A DNA stretch of 64,000 bases from Eledone cirrhosa (Eukaryota), in assembly GCA_964016885.1 (NCBI GenBank), contig OZ024741.1, forward strand, positions 358,236,001 to 358,300,000. The letters are read 5' to 3'. The notes below the pieces were generated by a model, which did no database searches, had not been told where the DNA came from, and saw only the letters and a list, made by a program, of their open reading frames with translations. The position numbers were made by a program, and so were the translations under genes. Every line of letters starts with the position of its first letter. The first letter of the stretch is position 1. Shown one piece after another: positions 55,630-64,000 of the stretch.

Positions 55630-56737
55630 GTGAGGTTTTTTTTAACAAAATGAAAAATAACCGAGGTGTCCTACACGAGTGAAAGTATAAAGAAAAAGAG
55701 ATGAAATCGAAAATGCAACTGGAGTCTCATTTAAAAAAAAAAAAAAATATTTATTTGGTTCCTTTACCGGTTTCGCAGTTCTTCTGCTTTTAAAAAGTAG
55801 AGTTGAGATGGAGGGTCTGTGGTTTTTCTCACATCTGGTTGGTCTCTGAATGTTACTTGTTTTATATGGAAAAAGTGGCTCGAAATGCCAGGTTTTTCGA
55901 GAAGTAATTTAATTGGTTGGTCAATAATTATAATAAATTTCGCGCCAGTTCTCGTTACAAAGTTCTTCAAACAAGGGGGGGGGGGGTCACAGGTTGTTTT
56001 TTCCTATATGAGTGTTTGAATTTCTTTTCACTTAAAAAGGGGAGGGGGGGGGGGGGCGGCGGCTCACGAAGGCTTTTTTTTAATAAACGTAATTTGATTG
56101 GTTATAAATGAAATTATGGCTGTCACGTGAACAAGTTTTCATTAAATTTTCGCGCCCTTATTTGGAAATCTATTCTGTAGCCGTTTTAGAGAATTTTATG
56201 ACAAGTAAAAGATAATGGTCAAGAGAAATTGGATGGGAGAATTGTTCTGGTTCAGTGAATATGGTTAGTTCGCTGGGGTGTCAGAATTCAGATTTTCTAT
56301 TGAATAAAGAAAGTAAAGATATGTATGTTTATTTGTGTGCTTGTGTGTGTGTGTGTGTGTGTGTTTGAATTTCTTTTTACTTAAAAAAAAGGGGGCTCAC
56401 GAAGGCTTTTTTTAAATAAACGTAATTTGATTGGTTATAAATGAAATTATGGCTGTCACGTGAACAAGTTTTCATTAAATTTTCGCGCCCTTATTTGGAA
56501 ATCTATTCTGTAGGCTTGTTCACGTGATAGCCTTGTTCACGTGACAGCCTTGTTCACGTGACAGCCATAATTTCATTTATAACTAATCAAATTACGTTTA
56601 TTAAAAATATATAAATTGAAGTGAAAGCAACTGGTGCGTGTGTTTCTTATTGGCAACATGACCCTCCCAAAGTATAACAATATCGGTTTCAACACACGAT
56701 TTCAGATAAAGAATCTTGCTAAACAAATTCAGAAACG

Positions 56738-56797
<60 letters not shown>

Positions 56798-57199
56798 AAT
56801 TGTTTCTACTTTTGGCACAAGGCTAGCAATTACCCAGTGCATTACTGGTGCTTTATTTTACCGACCCCGTAAGGATGAAAAGCAAAGTTAACCTCGGCGG
56901 GATTTGAACTCAGACTGTAAAGGGCCGTAAATCTATGCTGCAAAGCATGGCGTCCGACCCTCTACCGATACTGCAATTCCACCACCAATCCATATATATC
57001 TATATACTACTAAAACTCTGTGTTTGTGTCTTATATATAATAATATTGAAAGGAAGTCATCGGAAGAACTGGTGTATCTCCGACCGTCCTGTCAATCACT
57101 CAATGGTTTAATTAAGCCAGCATCATTAGGATACTAACCAAAAAAAGGGTAGCAGAGTGCACACTTATACGTTAATAATGAGAGAAACGATTTCGTGCG

Positions 57200-57255
<56 letters not shown>

Positions 57256-57258
<3 letters not shown>

Positions 57259-58402
57259 CCACTTTCAGCTTCACATCACGGCTGTGAATAACTAATAATC
57301 GTTCGGTACACGCGATGATCCGACGGATGTGGCGGCTTTCCCGACTGTATGCCTTCCTTCGGTAAACGAAAATACTCGGAACGGCCACTTCGCCCTGGGG
57401 CCCTGTCGGACTTGGAACCCGCCGCGACACCGGTTATTGACCGCCAAACAGTACCTTTAAATTCTAGGCTTAATCATAAATTTTTAACTTTATCTTGCCT
57501 CCTTCTACTAGCACTTACCTAAATCCCCCAGCAGTGTGAATAACTAGTAATCGGTTGGTATATACGATGACCGGCGGACGGTGGTGGACTTCCCACAAAC
57601 ACACCCGACGCTTAAGACAGTTAACATTCCTGGAGTGCTCGGAAAAATAAATTTCCATTTCTTTCGCTAGACGATAATACTCGGAACGGCTGACACGCCA
57701 CTGGGCCCCGGGTTGGCCAGGGGTCTGCAACGTCACCGGTTAATGTCCTCTAAGCATGGGCTTAATCTTTGCTATATATTCTACCCTGAAACTTTATCGT
57801 GACTATCTATAATACACTTAAACTTTTTCATAAAAGCTTCCTTCTGTAAATTCTTTAACTAAATCTCACAACTTCAAACCTAAACCTTATTTTTCTAATT
57901 TCATCTTAAATGGCATCTTCTAACTCTAAACATAAATTTAACGTTTCTAATTGTTAATCATAATTTCTGTCCATACATTATACCATGCAGACGCCCACTA
58001 TATATTACTATATATAGATTTGTTAAAGATATATGTTCTTTGATATTTTTCGCGGCACTTTCTAGCACGCATGACCAGCTTGATTGTGACCTGACCTCAA
58101 CGCTGACCTCTGTCTTTGATGGGGTGGTAGTAGTACACTATAAGCCTACGCCCCTTCACCAGATGGACATAAGTAGCCTTAATAATCACCACTTGAGGGC
58201 GGCCGACTGGGGTAGAAGCTGGTAAATGTTCGGTCGCCCTCCTGTCTCTGATTTTCAGCCCCATAGATTTTGTCTATTATATTCCTTTGTTATATTTCGA
58301 ATACCTGATGATGTCACCGGATTCATACTGAACCCGGTCATTGAAATTATCATAGTATAATAAACCTTTTAATGTATTACACCAGTCCAGCCTCCTGTTA
58401 TT

Positions 58403-58410
<8 letters not shown>
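57256..58410 (+). mobile_element. PLE-type 3' region with a hammerhead at 58301-58358
   Basis: ATAC-CTGATGA-TG..ACCGGATTCA/TGAACCCGGT-CA..GAAA-TTATCA-TA-GTAT, then AATAAA; flanked by (TA)n. Confidence 0.78.
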
Positions 58411-58455
<45 letters not shown>

Positions 58456-58481
58456 GAGGAGGTTATACATATACAAACGTT

Positions 58482-58600
<119 letters not shown>

Positions 58601-58705
58601 AAAAGGTAAACAGAAATAACACAATCGGTACAATATATGGAAGGAATATACTAGGTTAACGCTTGAAATAGCAGGAAGAGGGTCTTGACGTTTCGGACGT
58701 ATGTG

Positions 58706-58804
<99 letters not shown>

Positions 58805-59201
58805 ATAATAATAAATTTGAACTAAAATCCAAAGAGGGCTCGATAAGGATAAATATATATCAAATATAAAATATATAAGAACCGTAGAGCAAATATTTAT
58901 TAAAATAACAGATTAAAGTTTATGCAAAGAATCGCTGCTTACACCCTTAACAGGATCTTCTGAAACTAACAAAGTCAATCTGTGAACACAGAAGTGAATA
59001 TTTAAAAAAACGTTGCAACCGGAGGAAGACAGGAAGACGATACTTTGGTTCGTGGAAACGTTCCTTGGCAAAGAACGGGAAAAAACGAATATAATACGTC
59101 ATTATTTGGAGCGGTGAAAAACAATTACACGCAAAGCAAAACCACGTTTATGGTATAAAAGCGATTCTTTGCTTAAACTTTAATCTGTTATTTAAAAAAA
59201 A

Positions 59202-61345
59202 TTTTTTTTTATTATAAAGAAACTTTATTGTGTTGTATCAGATGAAAGAATGGTATTTAACTAATGTATTGGTACGCGATGGGGCCCACCCACAGCCCCG
59301 GCGGACAGAATGGAGAAGGCGTTTCCCCGGAGGACGGCAAGGGAGACGCGCTGGAAAAGCCACTCCAACTCGCGGGGCTCACACCTGCGGCTGGCCAGCT
59401 CAGCGCCTATGGTGGTGAGTAAGGAGGTAGCCCTAGGGCCGAGGACACTAGAAGTTTCCACTGCCAGGGGAACGACCGCAAACCTGTCGGAGAGCGACCG
59501 GTATTTGAGGAGTTTGGCTCCCTCAGCCCGTCCGTACGCAAACCGTCCATACGGGCCCGCCCAACGTAGCATCATCCAGATACCAAACGTTGAGAGGGGC
59601 CGTGATACTCCGGGCGATGTGGTCAATACCAACGGCGAACAGGAGGGGTCCCAAAGGGTCGCCCTGTTGGACCCCAGTAGCCGAGGGTATGACCGTATCA
59701 GCAGCTAGGAGCATGCTCGCGGCTCCATATGACAGGTAGGCCAGCGGGTAGGCAGAGGGGGCTCGGCTGAGGCAGGCCTCGAGCAGATGATCCCGGCGTA
59801 AAGAATTAAAGGCATTCCTCATGTAAAGCTTGACAATGAGGTGCCTGGAGTCCCTGGATGCCGGTACCGATGGGCAGCTGCTGATTGCATGAGAGGCTCC
59901 CTCACAGTCCCCGGACACGCCGACACCCAGTTGCACCGGACTAAACTCCTCACCCAGTTCGTGTGTGACGGACTTGCAGATCACCTTGGCAGCCAGCCCC
60001 CGGAAGACAGTGCCCACAGCAATGGGGCGTATGCCACCCTCTTTCTTCCTGAGAGCGGTGAGGCTGGCCTAAAAAAAGAAGCCTCGGGCGTAATGGTCGA
60101 AGGAACCATGAATGAGCCTATTGGTGAGCGCCACAATTGCACTCAGAAAGCGGCGCCTGGCCTCAGTGGAGAGGGGGATGTCAACTCCTTGAGGTGGCCT
60201 GGTCGGAGACCATCAACACCCCCGCAGCTGCTAGCTGGGAAGGACCTGATGGTGGACATGATATCTGCACCAGGAGCCACAAGGAGCAGGTAGGGGTCGG
60301 GTGGGGGTATGGGTCTGAGATCAGTGGATGGCTCAGGGTGTTTGAGCCGCAGAGCAGCCAGGACCTCTTCGGTGGGTTGGAGGACAGTGTCCTCTGAGAC
60401 AACAACTCTGACTGCGGCCGAGACATCACCCATGATAAGCTTTCCGTTTACCTGGTCACGCAAACGCTTGGCGCTGACCTCGGGGGTGGAGGATAGGGGG
60501 TATCTGAGGGTGGGGTGTGTGGCGTCCCTGGGAACGCTTGGAATGGGCGCTCGCCCAAATGATGAGACATTGGCCTTGACGAAGGCTGCTGTTGACCGGC
60601 CGCCCCGGTCAGCGCCAGAGCTGGGGAGGCTGAGGGCGATTTGGGCGAAATAGAAGAGCCGCTTTCAGTCACTGACTCGATTGGAGTCCAGGGCGCTCTC
60701 AATCGAGGAAGCGAGGGCATCGGCTACCGGCACCCGTGCAGCTCTCGGGATCCTGAGTGGGATATTCCGGAGCCGCCCGAGCCGAGCGATGTTGACCAGC
60801 GAAGCTCGGGCATCAGAAAAGCTCGCTGTCCCATCTGGTGGTGTGCCAGACGGCCGTGGCTGGGAAGACGTGGGAAAGAGGCAGCTCCTGCACCTCCACG
60901 TTGCGAGGGCATTGGAAGCTCGACGAGTCAAACCAACGCAGGTGAGGTGGTGGAAGCAGCTGCACCCCAAACAGTTCCGGCTCCTCTTCCGTTTGTTAGT
61001 GGTGCCGCAAGTGCTGCAGGTGTCGATTTGGAGGGGTGGGGAATGGGGCGTGGGGCCGGGGACTGGGGCACCGAGCGGCATCAGGGGTTGGTGGCTGGTG
61101 TGTGTGGGTGGAAGGGAAAGTGCTGGTAAGAGGGCAACATAGCTCACCTATATATATGGAGGTGCCAGAAAACGAGAGCGAAAAGTGGCTGCATGGAGGG
61201 GGAGACACAGGAAGGTAGAATGGCAGTAAATGAATGAGTGAATGGATGGATGTACACAAAAAAGAGGGGTGGGGGAGAAAACAAGGGGTTGTTACCAGCG
61301 GAAAGACCCAGAGTTCAGCACGCACACATGCGAGCAACTGAGCAG
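59202..61345 (-). mobile_element. Internally deleted CRE-like non-LTR retrotransposon (PHD, RT N-terminal half, RLE C-terminal tail)
   Basis: PHD in ORF 60665-61147; GVDGLRPGHLK, QLGVG, NAFNSLRR, GVQQGDPLGPLLF, WYLDD; jump at about 59540 to KLLKY...LAVET...FQRVSLAVLRGNA; A-rich tail. Confidence 0.9.
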
Positions 61346-63016
61346 TTTGTCATAGACGATATTCTCAATGGACGCGCTTACAATATTTGAATATAACTGA
61401 ACCGTCGTGTCATTTAATTTGAAAAGTGGAGCAAAGTAAAAGTAGAATAGTGAATTTGGAGTGTCAATGCCTTGTGATTTTTTTTTCTCAATACCGGACT
61501 TACAGTTTTCCAGGATTTATACTCATTTTTTTTTTTTCCTTCAAAAGGATGGAGGCGTTTTATCTCCTCATGAAACTGACATTACTTAATGATGTTCGTC
61601 ATCTATGGCTTATTCATATGTATTATTTCATTGAATTGGCAGTATCGGTAGGGTGTCGGACATGCTTTCCAGCATAGTTATGTCCCTTTACGATCTGAGT
61701 TCAAATCCTGCCGAGGTTAACTTTGCCTTTCATCCTTACGAGGTCGATAAAATAAAGTACCAGTAATATACTAGAATAATTGCTGGCCTTGTGCCAAAAG
61801 TAGAAACAATTATTTCATAACTCTATAGAACTATTAGAATGTTTGTGCAATGTTCTGTGTCCAGCCAGGTTTGTACAACAGGTAAGAAAAATGATGATTC
61901 GGTGACGGTTTCTTCTGATAAGAGCCTCTTCCACGTCGGAAGATCGAAGTGTGTTTTCTTGTCTTCAAATACTTTCATAAACGGCTTCGGAGATTTAAAA
62001 CTTATGTTTCAATTGGTGCTTCCATTTCCACACGGTTCTATTGTCTTATTTACAAAAATATATATTTCTATATATTTCTTTATTTATTTCTCTTCTTTTA
62101 GTTGTCACCAGTGATGTTTGTCACCAGTGATGTTTGAAGTTCCTTGTATGTTTCTAAGTTGTTAATATTTTAATAAATTAAATTACTTTCTGTCATATTG
62201 GAGAAGCTGTGTAAATATTCATTCTTGGTCATATTAAACTACTCGGCACTACAACGGATTGTTTTCTTGCTTTACTTTCTTCGTTTTTTCCGTTCATTGC
62301 CAGAGAACGTCTCTATGAACCACCTATAATAAATATATATATATATTTTTGAAAGATGCAAGGGTAGTTATTTAATAACCCCTAGCGTATTTTCATCAGA
62401 TGGGGTAAGTAAGAGGGAGACAGTAGTGTTGCTGGCATTAGTGACTGTAAGAAAGCTATGGTATCAAATTACCAGAGGGGTCATATATTTCTTAGAATGG
62501 ATTGAATGAACTATTGTTTTTTTTTAATTTCTGGACTTAATTCGACATACTTATGTTTCCAACTTGGGCATTAATAATTGGATAAGGATGTTTCAGTGTA
62601 ATTATGTGTGTGTATATATACATATACAAAGAACACGTTTCTATGTTTCTCTACATACACAGTTTGCCTAGCCACCTGTCACCTGTCACCTGCCACATAT
62701 AACTAAAAACCAAATCAATAATGTAAAGTTGTACTTAAGCACAAAAGCTTGAAGATGAACACCTCTATGGATACATTATATATGTAACCTGTATTTCTGT
62801 GCTTAGACTATAGATTTATAAATACATATAGTGTAAGTATATAGTAATAGTTAAATAATAGATATTTATATTATGAAACAGCAAATATTAGCGGATTTAA
62901 GGTGAATCTAACGTAGATATAGTTATAGTTTTATAATTAGAAGCTTCGTTGTGAAAAGTATGAAGTTAAAACACTTTCCATTGATTCTTTTGTACACAAC
63001 AATACGCAAGTGATTG

Positions 63017-63057
63017 CCATTATGCATTTCGACGATTATTTTCTCGTCATCAGAAGA
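63017..63057 (-). ncRNA. Hammerhead-like motif, partly decayed
   Basis: CTGATGA-CGA(GAAAATAA)TCG-TC-GAAA-TGCA-TA; palindromic helix III ATGCAT; weak helix I. Confidence 0.45.
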
Positions 63058-63191
63058 TAACTATCCGTAAAATTATGTCTACAGAATAATCTTTCTATAG
63101 CATAGCTATATATGTCAAACAAGTTGTAGAATACATCTGAAATCATCAGTAATAGGTATATTTTTATACTCGTGCATGTATATATATATAT

Positions 63192-64000
63192 ACTAGCAGT
63201 GGTACTCGGCGTTGCAGGGGATAAGGTATTTTGGAACGCGGACCGCCAACAGACCTAATCGTGGAAAAACTGCATGCCTGGACAATATGTAAAGAAAATA
63301 AACCGAATACTCTGATGCTATTAGTATTAGGTATGCTTCTCCTTCCACGTGGAGAAAATCGGCTTGGTGCTTTTGTACTTTAATAAAGTGGCATGAGTCA
63401 GCAGGACAGATGTCACCACTTATGTCAGAGGGAAGTCTGCAATGCTTGAGCAAGGCATGACGTGCAATCGGACAGTATGTGGAGCCTTCTCGAAGGAGTT
63501 CATCCCACCTTAGTAAGTAAACGCAACTGGACAAACGTTTACCAAACTGTGGGTATAATTTAACAAATTTAAAGAGGAATGGTGCAATAAAATGGGCCCC
63601 GAGACGTGTGCGCGTTTACTGGCAGCCCCTAAACGAAAGGGTCGCCATCAGCTATTTCAAGGGCCCTTAAAAGGGCCGTGTAAGCCGTTCGTTGACACCC
63701 CACTAAGGAGGGTAACCATCAACAATTTCAAGTGGTGGCCCTAAAAAGGGCCATGTGAGCGTTCACTTGTAGTCCTTAATAGTGACTTTGACTGCGTTCT
63801 CTGACATTTGAAGGAGGGTGTTACGGTTGCTTCCACTGGTAGCCTTTAGAATGAATCAGAATGCGTTCGCGGTCTGTTTAACAGCCATACATTGACACGC
63901 CGAGTGCGAAGCGGAAGGTCCATCTATGAAGGTAGTCACCTGAAGCCGAGGGAAAACGTATTTCAGGTAATAGGCCGTATGAATGGCAACCAGATTGCCT
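63192..64000 (-). mobile_element. Probable Helitron-like element (3' end at CTAG 63193) carrying hairpin repeats
   Basis: CTAG...CGGCGTTGC resembles the other Helitron-type ends in this window; adjacent to (TA)n. Confidence 0.4.

Noticed and set aside
57310-57415. Possible SECIS element (ATGA at the base of a helix)
   Set aside because: No AA motif at the expected spacing and no free opposing GA quartet.
61839-62114. Possible host exon (contains CAG/GTAAGA); similar candidates at 13138-13245 and 53073-53264
   Set aside because: No recognisable protein similarity or consistent exon chain; transcript data would be needed.
62380-62406. CTGATGAAAATACGCTAGGGG on the minus strand; similar weak traces at 3680-3745, 27840-27890, 41860-41905, 56680-56710 and 58685-58700
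   Set aside because: Core or helices are missing, so these are too decayed to call as hammerheads.
63193-63534. 113-aa ORF
   Set aside because: No recognisable domain; lies in a probable Helitron 3' region.

Overview
AT-rich eukaryotic DNA made almost entirely of transposable-element remnants separated by (TA)n/(CA)n/(GA)n microsatellites. The SINE types suggest an octopod cephalopod (inference). I could not support any intact host gene. Contents: at least three families of Penelope-like elements (PLE) with GIY-YIG coding remnants, plus many solo or inverted pseudo-LTRs; two short non-autonomous LTR elements with tRNA-Trp primer sites; RTE, CR1/L2 and CRE-like (restriction-like endonuclease) non-LTR remnants; Helitron ends; a hAT MITE; and dozens of tRNA-derived SINEs, some in tandem arrays. 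The main hidden signal is about 25 type-I hammerhead ribozyme motifs (intact, variant or decayed) from roughly a dozen unrelated pseudo-LTR families. Most have palindromic helix III (dimer type). They include recurrent non-canonical cores (U3-A8 'UUGAAAA', A13C, U4A) and long helix II insertions. Other oddities: tandem histone-type 3' stem-loops near a Helitron-like end, PHD fingers in two non-LTR clades, a duplicated covarying long hairpin, and inverted duplications flanking (TA)n tracts. All structures were folded by eye; none is experimentally or computationally verified.
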